Positions 51,212 through 61,322 of a stretch of 64,000 nucleotides of DNA are shown one piece after another. Every line of letters begins with the position of its first letter. Position 1 is the first letter of the stretch. Where the stretch lies: positions 896,001 to 960,000 of the forward strand of contig CBDCRW010000004.1 in NCBI GenBank assembly GCA_965221125.1, given 5' to 3'. The stretch is from Alphaproteobacteria bacterium. GTDB taxonomy: Bacteria; Pseudomonadota; Alphaproteobacteria; UBA828. The notes beneath the pieces were generated by a model that saw only the letters and a program-made list of their open reading frames with translations, had not been told where the DNA came from and ran no database searches. Both the position numbers and the translations under genes were made by a program.

Positions 51212-53417
51212 TCACGGCGTAGGGACACAGCGCTGCGGGAAGCGGCCCAGCCATTCGTTGAGCTTCGACCAGCGCCGCCGTCCCGAAACGTTGCGCACTG
51301 CAATGGCCACCGCCTTCTTCTGGCCCACCAGCACCACCAGCCGCTTGCCCCGCGTAACGCCTGTGTAAAGGAGATTCCGCCGTAGCATCGCGTAGTGCTG
51401 GGTCAGCACCGGGACGATCACCGCCGGGTACTCGGAACCCTGGCTTTTGTGCACGGTCGCGGCATAGGCCGGCACCAGCGTGTCGAGCTCGCCGAACCCG
51501 TAGACGTGATCGCTTCCCTCGAATTGCGCGGTGAGTTCTCCCGTTTCGGGTTCCACGTCGACGACGTGGCCGATGTCGCCGTTGTAGACCTCCTTGTCGT
51601 AGTCGTTCTCGATCTGCATCACCTTGTCGCCAAGCGCGAAGGTTCAGCCGAAGCGCTCGACCTTGCGTTCGCCGACAGGGTTGAGGGCGGACTGGAGCTC
51701 GATGTTGAGCGACCGCGCGCCCGCCCCACCACGGTTTATCGGGCACAGCACCTGGATGTCGCGGACCGGGTCGAGGCCGAAGCGCTTCGGGATGCGCGTC
51801 TTCACCAACTCGACGATCCTCGCGGCGGCGGTTTCCGGGCCGTCCACCGGCACGAAGTAGAAGTTGCTCTCGCCTTCCGGCCGGGATAGGTCGGGGATGG
51901 CGCCCCGGTTGATGCCGTGGGCCGTCGTGACGATCCGGCTCCGCGCTGCCTGACGGAAGACCTCGGTCAAGCGCACCACCGGAAACGCGCCGGAGGCGAT
52001 GATGTCCGCGAGTACCTGGCCGGGACCCACCGAGGGCAGCTGGTCGACGTCGCCCACGATCAGCGGCGCGGCCTCGTCGGGCACCGCAGCCAGCAGCGAG
52101 CGCATCAGCATGACGTCCACCATGGACGTCTCGTCGATCACCAGGAGACTGCAGTCGAGGGGGTTGTCCCCGTCGCGCCTGAAGCCGCCGTGCCTGGGAT
52201 CGACCTCGAGCAGGCGGTGGACGGTCTTCGCCTCCAGGCCGGTCGCCTCGCTCATGCGCTTCGCGGCGCGCCCGGTCGGCGCGCACAGGAGAAGCTCCAC
52301 GCCCTTGGCCGACAGGATGCGCAGGATGGCGTTGACGATCGTCGTTTTGCCCACTCCCGGCCCGCCGGTGACGACAGTGACCTTGGAGCGCCAGACGCAC
52401 CGCCTCGGCCTGACCGGCCGCCAGCGTGAGCCCCGTCATACGCTCGACCCACGGCAGCGCCTTGTCCGCGTCGATGTGGGGCCAGGGCAGCCTGCCCGCG
52501 GCGATGCTCGACAACCGCTCCGCGATCGCCTGTTCTGCCCGGTAGAGGCCGCCGAGGAAGATGCAGAGGGTGTCTTCCGCCGTGTCCGCGACCACGGTGC
52601 CTTCGGCCAACTCCAGATCGAGCGCGGTGCGGAGCGGGCCGTCGGACACTTCCAGAAGCCGGGATGCCAGCGATCCCAGCTCGTCCGCCGGCAGCCCGCA
52701 ATGCCCCTCGTCCATAGCCTCGGTCAGAGCATACGAGATGCCGGCGCGCACCCGGATCGTCGCCGTCTTCTCGATGCCGAGCTTCATCGCGATCGCGTCG
52801 GCCGTCTTGAATGCGATGCCGCGGATGTCTTGGGCGAACCGGTACGGGTTCTCCGTCATGACCTCGACCGCGTCGGCGCCGTAGGCCTTGAATATGCGCA
52901 CCGCACGCGCCGTGCCCACGCCGTGGCCGTGGAGGAACACCATGATGCGCACCACCTTCTGCTCCGCCCAGGCGTCGGTGATACGTCCGGCGCGCATCGG
53001 CCCGATGCCCGTCACCTCGCGCAGCCGACCGGGCTCCGCCTCGATGACGTCGAAGACCTTCTCGCCGAACGCGCGGACCAGCTTGCCGGCGTAGACCGGG
53101 CCGATGCCCCGGATCATGCCCGAGCCCAGGTACTTCTCGATGCCCTCCACGGACGACGGCGTGGAGGTGCGCACGAAGCGCGCCTTGAACTGGTGGCCGT
53201 GGGTGCGGTCGTTGATCCACTCGCCGGACGCTGTGATCCATTCCCCGGCCCCCACCATCGCGGCTTGGCCGACCACGGTGACGAGGTCGCGGTGGCCCCG
53301 CGCCTTGGTCCTGAGCACCCAGAAGCCGTTCTCGGGATTGTGGAAGGTGACACGCTCGACCAGGCCCGCCAGAACCTCGCGGTCCGGTGACGGCGCCGGC
53401 CGGACGCCCGGCTTCAC
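51212..53417 (-). pseudogene. recD2: RecD2-like (SF1B) helicase, disrupted
   Basis: [74 protein letters not shown]; frameshift near 52385 and TGA at 51644-51646. Confidence 0.88.
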
Positions 53418-53791
53418 GATGTCCCGAGCGCGGGCGCGAACAGCAACTCCCTGAGCAGGCCCAGCTGCCGCGCACGCTCGGCGATCGCCTCCGGATCATA
53501 AATGCTCAGTTCGGGCTCTTCCGCCGCGGCCTCTTCCATGTCGTGCAACAACTGCTCGAACCGGGCGAAATTGTCCTGCATTTCCTCGGGTGTGAACATG
53601 CTCCGCAGCCTCGACACGAAACCGGGCAGCGCCTGCGGGAACTCGGGACGTTCCGCAGCCGCCTGCGCGAAGGTGACAAGCTTCTCGCCGACGACGTAGT
53701 AGAAGGCCGATTCGACTCCAAAACCGTGCATGATCTCCTCGGCTGCCTCGCACTGCTCCATCCAGATGTCCTGCCAGCGACGCTCGGTCAT
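53414..53791 (-). CDS. Hypothetical protein
   Basis: MTERRWQDIW.EQCEAA...FG..SA..Y.VGEKL; stop overlaps the recD2 start. Confidence 0.65.
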   Translation of the reverse strand: MTERRWQDIWMEQCEAAEEIMHGFGVESAFYYVVGEKLVTFAQAAAERPEFPQALPGFVSRLRSMFTPEEMQDNFARFEQLLHDMEEAAAEEPELSIYDPEAIAERARQLGLLRELLFAPALGTS

Positions 53792-54351
53792 ACCTGGAGT
53801 TCCTTCTCGGCAGTGAGGCCTCAAAGCGTTGCCAGACTCGCCGTGATCGAGAACCGGCAGCCAATCGATCCAGCCGATATTCTGAGGCGTCCGCGGGAAA
53901 CCGGCAATGTCATCCCCACGCACCCAATCTTCTTGCTGGCATTGTGCGGAGCTTGCGCGGGCTCGACGGCTGGATCTCGCGGACACGGATGTCCTTTCGG
54001 TTCCCGAGATCCCCATGCGGTACTCGCCATCCGCCGCGAGCAACGGCGAGTAGCCGTGATGCCCTTCAACCTGATCCGCGTTCGCTACCCCGATGTTGTT
54101 CGCGCTCTTGCTGGGTCACCAATCAGACGCGGACGTCGGGTGCCATCGGTAAGACGCGGGCCGCTCAGGCCCTCGGAGAGGCGGTGCACGTGCCGAGGCC
54201 CAAGCAGCAGCGAATGGATCGCCACTCGATGCGGGACCGGCGAACCGCCAGCCCTCTTCCGCTGCGAAGATCCTCCCCCGCCACATCGCGGCACCCTCGC
54301 TTTTCCGATAACCTTCCCCGGCGAGCGATCCGGGCGCGGGAGGCGGGGGCC

Positions 54352-54741
54352 ATGAACGAAAGTGAGCGACAGACCTTGTCGATCGTGGCCAAGCTGATGG
54401 CCCTGACCTGCGTCCGCAACACCAAGCTCGAGGACATCCACGCCGGCATCGTCCCGGTCACCCGCACCGGCGACTACTCCGACGTGACGGTCGTCGACGC
54501 CGACGGGCAGCAGATACCGTGGCCGCGCGTGTCCCATTTCGACGACGATGCGATGCGCGATCTCATGCGGCAAGTTGTCGACCGCCTCTACACGTTCCAT
54601 GCGAAGATCGACGATCCGCGCTTTCGGTCCATGCTGGAGTTCTGGCGCTCCTCCGTCCGGACGTGGGATGAGCCGAAGCTGGACGCCGACCTGATGGTGG
54701 CTCTCAAGCCTCTCGGAAAAGTGGACGGCGATGAAGGTTGA
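54352..54741 (+). CDS. Conserved hypothetical protein of mobile elements
   Basis: GGAGG RBS; CVRNT.LEDIHAG..P.T..GDYSDV...IPW..VS..DD..M. Confidence 0.7.
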   Translation: MNESERQTLSIVAKLMALTCVRNTKLEDIHAGIVPVTRTGDYSDVTVVDADGQQIPWPRVSHFDDDAMRDLMRQVVDRLYTFHAKIDDPRFRSMLEFWRSSVRTWDEPKLDADLMVALKPLGKVDGDEG

Positions 54742-55015
54742 CGCGACTCACGACGCTGCCCCAGCCAACGCCTGGCACTCCGGTGCGATGACTCCCGCCC
54801 TGCGCCCGCTCGGTGGACCGACCCGTCGCTTCACCGCTGGTCGGTTGGGTTGCGCTACGTCAGTTCAGGGCGAGAAGCGGATCAGCAATCCAATGTTCCC
54901 GGCCGATAGTTCGCGTCCCTTCGCAAACTCGGGGTCGAACGATATTGCCAATTCCCATCCCGTGCAGGCGCCCCGCAAATGATCGCGGGCACGGTCATTC
55001 AACTTCCGCGGTCTC

Positions 55016-56965
55016 CTACATTCTCATGTGTCCGGGAAGGTGGCCGATCACGACCTGCCGTGTCGTCTCGTCCCAGGTGAAGTACACGCGAAGGCAGTGT
55101 CTTGGATCGCGCGTCCTCGTGTTGTTCTTCAGGTGGCGGTCCAGCATGAGCCTGCGGCCGTCCCACTCCATCGAGAAATCGTCGCGCGCCTTGCCCTGCC
55201 GGTCCCTGCCGATGCTCTTCGTTTCCTGCAGCCGCAGCTCGCGTAGTTCGTCCTCGAAGGCATTGCGCAGCGCCTTGCCGCCGCCACCGCTCTTCATCCG
55301 CCAGTAACTTCCTGCCAGCACCTCGACCGCCCTGCCGACCAAGCCCACGTCCTCGAACCCCGCACTCTTGAGCGCCCTGAGCGCGCGTCCGGCGAGCACC
55401 ACGCGCCCCTCAAAATGCCGCTCCGCCCAGGCCGGAAGATCGGCATAGCTCTCAAGCGCAGGCACGGTCTCGCCTTCCGCCGGGGAGGGAGTCCCTGCGC
55501 CATCCACGGCGGCGAGCCGCCGCTGCAGCCGGTGCCTCTCGCGCCGCAGCCCGTCGTTTTTCTCCCCGGCGTCGGCGAGAGCCTGCTCCAGGACGGAAAT
55601 CCGCTCCTCCGACGTCCGGTTCGCAGCCTTCAGCTCGGCGATCTCGGCGCGCAGCGCGCGCTCCCGATCACGCGTCCTGCCGCCGAACGCCTCCCGGCCG
55701 TCCAAGTCCTCCTCTTCCGCTCCCTTGCCGTCCGCCAGGGAGCCAAAGCGCTGAACGAGATCTCCGAGACAGGCGGCAACCTCTCCCAGCGCCTTCTTCG
55801 CCGGCTCCAGCGAGCGGGGGTTCTCGCGCTCGGCCGCTGCCGCCGCGTGAAGCGCCTCGAGATTCTCCGTGCTGGGGTTCTCCGCGTAGCGTCCGGACGC
55901 CTCCCGCAGGGCAAGCTCGTGCGAGCCCGGCTCGACGATCGCGCTGCGGAAGCGTTCCGCCTGCTCCCGGCACATCTCCCACTCGGGATCGGGGATGCAG
56001 CGCGGCAGGGCGGTGTCCAGCAACAGCGCTTGGATTTGCCCCGTCAGCGCATCCGCCTCCCCGGCAGGCGCCGTTTGCCCCGCCGCCTCGGCGGCTCCCT
56101 TCAGCAGCGTGCGCAGGGCCACGTGGCGGCTGCGGGCAAGAGCCTCGTTGCGCACGGTCTCGATCTCGTCGAGCTCGTCCGCGAGAGCCGCAAACCCAAG
56201 GACCATGTACGACAGAAGATTCGCCGAGGGCCGATCGTCGTCATGCTCGACGACATACGTCTTCAGCCGGCCGTAGGCATCGGCCATGTCCTTGCGCAGC
56301 AAGGCGCATTCTGCGTCGGCACGCGCGGCCAGCCTCTCCAGATGCGGCCCGCCCGCCTCGCGGGCCAGACGATCCACCAGATCGTCGCGCCCACCGAGTC
56401 CCCGGAATCGGCTGCGATGGACCGCGTGCCCCACCAGGCGCTCGATCTCGGGCTCATCCAGCCATGACGACATCATGTAGGCGGATTCGGGACCTCCGGA
56501 ACACCACAGAACCCAGACCGATTGTGCCACCAGGACACGCTCACCCTCCTCCCAGAGCGCCTCCAGGTGGTCGAGAATGAAATCCTCGGGGCCACCCGGC
56601 GCGGCGGGCCGCAGCGCCAGCGCCCGCTGCGCGGCGGACTTGAGAATAAGCCGGCCGAGCTGCTTCTTGCGTCCCTTCACCCGGCCGAACAGTTCGAGGA
56701 TCCGCTCCTCGAACAGCCACAGAAACCACGCCCAACGCTGCGCGAGGGTGTGAACGGCGCGCCAGAACGCCGCGTCGTCGCTGCCGTCCACCGCCGCCGG
56801 CCAGTCCGAATACTCCTCCGCCATCGCCGACGCCAGCTTCCGCAGGTCGGCCCGCATCAGGTGGTGGTTCTCCTTAAGCCACTCCGGCGTCGCGAACTCC
56901 GGAAGCATCCCCGGCAGCAGACCGTCTTCCGCGGCTGCCTCCGGCACGCAAGCAATGGGTTGCAC
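55016..56965 (-). CDS. Large helical/coiled-coil protein with C-terminal RelE-like nuclease-type domain
   Basis: Coiled coil LRAEIAELK...LQRRL; C-term HLK....RDPRHCLRVYFTWD....VVIGHLPGH; GTG start with GGAAGAAAGGG upstream. Confidence 0.65.
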   Translation of the reverse strand: MQPIACVPEAAAEDGLLPGMLPEFATPEWLKENHHLMRADLRKLASAMAEEYSDWPAAVDGSDDAAFWRAVHTLAQRWAWFLWLFEERILELFGRVKGRKKQLGRLILKSAAQRALALRPAAPGGPEDFILDHLEALWEEGERVLVAQSVWVLWCSGGPESAYMMSSWLDEPEIERLVGHAVHRSRFRGLGGRDDLVDRLAREAGGPHLERLAARADAECALLRKDMADAYGRLKTYVVEHDDDRPSANLLSYMVLGFAALADELDEIETVRNEALARSRHVALRTLLKGAAEAAGQTAPAGEADALTGQIQALLLDTALPRCIPDPEWEMCREQAERFRSAIVEPGSHELALREASGRYAENPSTENLEALHAAAAAERENPRSLEPAKKALGEVAACLGDLVQRFGSLADGKGAEEEDLDGREAFGGRTRDRERALRAEIAELKAANRTSEERISVLEQALADAGEKNDGLRRERHRLQRRLAAVDGAGTPSPAEGETVPALESYADLPAWAERHFEGRVVLAGRALRALKSAGFEDVGLVGRAVEVLAGSYWRMKSGGGGKALRNAFEDELRELRLQETKSIGRDRQGKARDDFSMEWDGRRLMLDRHLKNNTRTRDPRHCLRVYFTWDETTRQVVIGHLPGHMRM

Positions 56966-57368
56966 CAGGATCGACCCTTTCTTCCGTTCGAGACCGCCGT
57001 CGCCCGCCGGCGCGCCTGCGTTGCTCGATGCGGACCGACGACGGTGAAACCATTCCGCGTCAGGATGGGAAGATTCCCGACTGCGTTCAAGCCCGGGAGC
57101 ACGACCTCGCCGGGCCGTCAACGCCGTTCGTGACACCCCGCAAGCCCGACTGGCTCGCAACCATTGCCTCCTCCGCGTCGGCTGCCTCGCCGGCGGCACC
57201 CCTCTCGTGCACACCGCGCCGCAGCGCGCCTGATCGCCCTTCGCCACTCTCATCGCGTACTTTCATGCACCTGCCGCCATTTCCCGAAGGGTCAGAGGGC
57301 CGCCCGTTGGAAGTGTGGCTCGGCTCCCAGAGGAGTCGACGCCCTCTTCCTGCCATCCGGAGGCGCCC

Positions 57369-58394
57369 ATGCCCGATCCCGACACCATCTCCGCCGACTA
57401 CACGCTGCGCCCCAGCGAGTTCGCCGCCACCCTCAAGATCCTGGTCGAGGCCAGGCAGCCGGTCATGGTCTGGGGTGGGCCCGGGTGCGGCAAGAGCGAG
57501 GTGGCGCAGCAGGTCGCCGCCGAGGGCGGCCGCACCTACTACGACGTGCGCGCCCTGCTGCTCGATCCCGTCGACCTGCGCGGCATCCCCTGGCGCGACG
57601 GGGACAACCGTACCCGCTGGGCGCCCCCCGACTTTCTCCCGCCCAGCGCCAGCACCGACCTCTATCTCGTCAATCTGGAGGAGCTTCCCTCCGGCGTTCC
57701 GATGGTGCAGGCGGCGCTGTTCCAGCTCGTCCGCGACCGCAAGTGCGGCGAGTACGAGCTCCCCGAAGGCGCCTCGCTCATGGCCTGCGGCAACCGCGAG
57801 GGCGACCGCGGCGTCACTCACCGCATGCCGGCGCCTTTGGCCTCGCGCTTCGTCCACCTCGAGATCAAGGTCGATCCGTCGGACTGGTTGGAATGGGGAG
57901 CGGCGCACGGAATCGCGCCCGAGACCCTCTTCTTCATCCAGCTCAGGCCGGAGCTTCTGAATGTGTTCGATCCCCAGTCGCGCGAGGCGGCTTTCGCGTG
58001 TCCCCGCACGTGGGAGTTCGTCTCAAACGTCGTGAACCAGCGCGGCAGCCTCGACCCGGCCGCAGAGCGCGCGCTGTTCCGGGGTGCCGTCGGCGAAGCC
58101 GCGGCGGTCGAGTTCTCGGCCTTCCTCAAGGTCTGGCGGGAGCTGCCCCACCCGAGGGCCGTCATCGACGATCCCGAAAACGCGGATGTGCCCGAGAACG
58201 CGAGCGCGCTGATCGCCCTCTGCGGCTCGCTCTACCGCATGGCCGACGACGTCAATCTCGGCTCCATCGTCTCTTACGCGATGAGGCTCAGGCGCGAGGT
58301 GGGCGAGTTCCTCGTCGGCTCATGCGTGCGCCGCGAGCCCGCCCTCCAGCACACCGACGCGTTCATCCGCTGGGCCGCGGCCCGGACCCAGTGA
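57369..58394 (+). CDS. MoxR/dynein-related AAA+ ATPase
   Basis: Walker A GGPGCGKS, DLRGIP, variant Walker B VNLEE, ACGN, LASRF, PRTW; GGAGG RBS. Confidence 0.88.
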   Translation: MPDPDTISADYTLRPSEFAATLKILVEARQPVMVWGGPGCGKSEVAQQVAAEGGRTYYDVRALLLDPVDLRGIPWRDGDNRTRWAPPDFLPPSASTDLYLVNLEELPSGVPMVQAALFQLVRDRKCGEYELPEGASLMACGNREGDRGVTHRMPAPLASRFVHLEIKVDPSDWLEWGAAHGIAPETLFFIQLRPELLNVFDPQSREAAFACPRTWEFVSNVVNQRGSLDPAAERALFRGAVGEAAAVEFSAFLKVWRELPHPRAVIDDPENADVPENASALIALCGSLYRMADDVNLGSIVSYAMRLRREVGEFLVGSCVRREPALQHTDAFIRWAAARTQ

Positions 58395-58421
58395 ACCCCA
58401 GCCCATCGGGAGACCCCGACC

Positions 58422-59318
58422 ATGAACCTCACCCACGACGCCATGCTGGTCAGTCTGCGCATCACCGCCTGGTCCGGCCGGCTCTACGACCGCCAGGCGA
58501 GCAACCACGTCGCCGCCCAGCACGACGCGGCCGCCAGCGCCGGCAGATACAACAAGCGCCTGCTGCCCAAGGCCGCCTTCGCCGCGCTCACCGCGACCGT
58601 GAGCGAGGCACGCAGTTCACATTACGCCAACTCGCTTCCCTGGGACGACCAGGGCTCGCGGCTGCTCACCGTATCCAACTACGAGGCCTATACCGAGCTC
58701 ATGGACGGGTTGCGCGAGCGCATGGTGCGCGAACGCGCCCGCTTCATCGAGGACTACGACGACAACATCGACCGGGCCCGGCTCGACCTCGGCAAGCTCT
58801 TCCGCATCGGGGACTACCCCTCCAAGGAGGCACTGCAGGGCAAGTTCGGCATCCGCTACCGCATCGTGCCGGTTCCCGACGCCGACCACTTCATGGCGAA
58901 GCTCGCGTCCGACGACACCGAGCGGGTCAAGCGCGGCATCGAGCGCGAGATCGAGGAGCGCCTGCACGATGCCGTGGGCGATCTCTACCGGCGCCTCGGC
59001 GAGGCGGTCGAGCGTGTCTCCGAGCGTCTCACCGAGGACGGCGAGGGCAAGCCTCTGGTCTTCCGCGACACGATGATCTCCAACGTCCGGGACCTGGTCG
59101 ACGTCGTGCCCCGCCTCAACATTTTTGGGGACGACCGGCTCGCGCAGCTCTGCCAGGAGGTGCAGGACAGGATCGCTCACGCCGATCCCGCCACGCTCAG
59201 GCCGTCGCCGAACTTCAACCCCAACGTGCGGCGCCAGGTGAAGCGCGATGCCGATGCGCTGGTGGAGAAGTTCGCGGGGTACTTCGGTACCCCTGCCGTT
59301 GACCGGGAGGCCGCCTGA
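58422..59318 (+). CDS. DUF3150-like helical protein
   Basis: LVSL.I..WSG, K.LL, LPW...G.RL, F...Y, YP; sits between the AAA and VWA genes. Confidence 0.65.
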   Translation: MNLTHDAMLVSLRITAWSGRLYDRQASNHVAAQHDAAASAGRYNKRLLPKAAFAALTATVSEARSSHYANSLPWDDQGSRLLTVSNYEAYTELMDGLRERMVRERARFIEDYDDNIDRARLDLGKLFRIGDYPSKEALQGKFGIRYRIVPVPDADHFMAKLASDDTERVKRGIEREIEERLHDAVGDLYRRLGEAVERVSERLTEDGEGKPLVFRDTMISNVRDLVDVVPRLNIFGDDRLAQLCQEVQDRIAHADPATLRPSPNFNPNVRRQVKRDADALVEKFAGYFGTPAVDREAA

Positions 59319-60718
59319 TGGCCGCCCGCGCCCGCAAGGAGTCCGCGCGCCGCGTCAGCGACTGCGTGACGGCGCTGCTGCGCGACCAGCCCTTCTTCGG
59401 CAGCCTCGCGCTGCGGCTGCCGATCCGTCCCGACGCGGCGCGCGAGACGCTGGCGAGCGACGGGCGCGAGATCCGCTATTCCCCCGACTGGGTAGCGAAC
59501 ACCGACGCCGATCTCATCAAGACCGCGATCGGCCGCGTGGTGCTGGCCTGCGCGCTCAAGCACCACACGCGCCGGGCCGAGCGCGATCCCGGGCGCTGGC
59601 AGCAGGCCTCGCAGCTCGTCACCCACGGGCTCTTGCGCGACGCGGGCTTCAAGCTCCCGCCGGACGCCGAAGCCTGGGACGGGATCAGCGTAGAGCAGGC
59701 CTACGATCGGCTGCCCGAGCCGCAGGAGGACGGTGGGGAAGGGAGCGACGGCCCGCCATCGGCCGGCGACGGCGGCGGCGCAGCCGGTCCGCGACCCAAC
59801 GCGGACGATGACGACCGCGGCGGCGACGACGATGACAGCGAACCGCAGCAGCAGGAGCCTCAGGACGAGGACGGCCGCGCCGACGATGGCACTGACAACC
59901 AGGACGATTCCGCCGATGGCGCGGACCCGCAGCCCCGAGACGACTCCTCCGGCGACGGCGACTCCGGCACGCCGCCGAGCTGCGATCCGTCCGGCACCGG
60001 AGAGGTGATTGACGCACCGGCCGGCAGCCACGACGAGGCCCGCGCCGGCCAGGCCGCGCCCGACGTTTCCGCCGAGGAGCAGGCCTGGGACGAGGCGATG
60101 CACCAGGCCCTCAACCTCGCCAAGGCCCAGGGCAAGGCGCCGGGCGCGGTGGAGGAGACTATTCAGAGCGCCCACCGCAGCACCCTCGACTGGCGCTCGC
60201 TGCTGCGGCGCTACATGACCGACGCGGCAGCCCGCGACTATTCCTGGAGCGTCCCCAACCGCCGCTTCATCGACTCAGGCCTCTATCTCCCCTCGATCCG
60301 CTCCGAGGGGATGGGCACGCTCGCCGTCATCATCGACACCTCGGGCTCCGTGGACAGCGACGCCCTCGCCGCGTTCTGGTCGGAGGTGCGCGAGGTCGCG
60401 GCCGAGATCGAGCCCGAGCGCATCGTGGTGCTGCAGGTCGATGCCGCCGTGCAGGACGAGGAGCACTACGCGCCGGGCGAGCTGCCCGAGCGCATCGTCG
60501 TCAAGGGGCGGTGGGGCACCGACTTCCGGCCGGGCTTCGAGCGCCTCTCGGAGCAGGGAATCCGGCCGGCCGTGTGCCTCTATTTCACGGACATGGATTG
60601 CGACCGCTACCCCGATGCAGAGCCCAGCTATGACGTGCTCTGGTGCGACTGGAGCGAAGGCGTCGGCCTCTGGTGCCAGCCGCCGCCCTGGGGCGAGCAC
60701 ATCAGGATCAGGGACTGA
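59318..60718 (+). CDS. DUF2201-type peptidase-like plus VWA domain protein
   Basis: PFFG.L...TLASDG..I.Y.P N-domain, acidic linker, W..PNRR, MIDAS DTSGS, GTDF.P.F, YFTD. Confidence 0.85.
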   Translation: MAARARKESARRVSDCVTALLRDQPFFGSLALRLPIRPDAARETLASDGREIRYSPDWVANTDADLIKTAIGRVVLACALKHHTRRAERDPGRWQQASQLVTHGLLRDAGFKLPPDAEAWDGISVEQAYDRLPEPQEDGGEGSDGPPSAGDGGGAAGPRPNADDDDRGGDDDDSEPQQQEPQDEDGRADDGTDNQDDSADGADPQPRDDSSGDGDSGTPPSCDPSGTGEVIDAPAGSHDEARAGQAAPDVSAEEQAWDEAMHQALNLAKAQGKAPGAVEETIQSAHRSTLDWRSLLRRYMTDAAARDYSWSVPNRRFIDSGLYLPSIRSEGMGTLAVIIDTSGSVDSDALAAFWSEVREVAAEIEPERIVVLQVDAAVQDEEHYAPGELPERIVVKGRWGTDFRPGFERLSEQGIRPAVCLYFTDMDCDRYPDAEPSYDVLWCDWSEGVGLWCQPPPWGEHIRIRD

Positions 60719-60785
60719 CCCTCAGCAGTGGGGCGGCATGTCCGCCCTACCAACGAGCGCCAGTCCGAAACCGAAGGATCACGCC

Positions 60786-61172
60786 ATGATGCCCACGGCC
60801 ACCTGCCAGTATTGCGGCTGGAACGGGCCGGCAGACCAATGCGGCCCGCTCAAGAACGCCTGGGAGCGCCTCCAACCGGGAGACACGGTGCCGGCCGGCG
60901 AATGCCCGAAGTGCAATGCCTCCGCGATGCTCGACGAGACGAGGCAAGAACCCAGCGCCACGATCGTCACCACGCTGGTGCCGGAGCGCGCCACGAAGTT
61001 CGGCGTCCACTCGACCGCGCTGGCCCTCGCCGACGTCATGTGGCTTGCCGCCAACAGGTACAGCTACCGCGTGGAGGACCTCGGGTCATCCGGCTTCCGG
61101 GTCGCGGTCTACCGCGAGACACCGAAGCGCGAGACCGTCCCGCGCGGGTACCTGCGCATCGAGACCGCGTGA
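60786..61172 (+). CDS. Small Zn-ribbon protein
   Basis: CQYCGW.GP...W.R..PGD..PAGECPKC. Confidence 0.7.
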   Translation: MMPTATCQYCGWNGPADQCGPLKNAWERLQPGDTVPAGECPKCNASAMLDETRQEPSATIVTTLVPERATKFGVHSTALALADVMWLAANRYSYRVEDLGSSGFRVAVYRETPKRETVPRGYLRIETA

Positions 61173-61188
61173 GCACAGCGGCGCCCTC

Positions 61189-61294
61189 GGGGCGTGAGGC
61201 TCTGGAGAAATTGCGAACGCGCGTCTTGCGCGGGAGTACCCGGAGTCAGCTGGAGGGGACAACCTCGCGGGTTCGAATCCCGCCCGCCCCACCG
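61189..61294 (+). ncRNA. tRNA-like structure (canonical T arm and acceptor stem, non-canonical D and anticodon region)
   Basis: GGGGCG pairs with CGCCCC then ACCG; T arm GCGGG-TTCGAAT-CCCGC; preceding hairpin GAGG-GGACAA-CCTC. Confidence 0.45.
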
Positions 61295-61322
61295 TCACCC
61301 CCGCACTACGAGGACCGAAACC

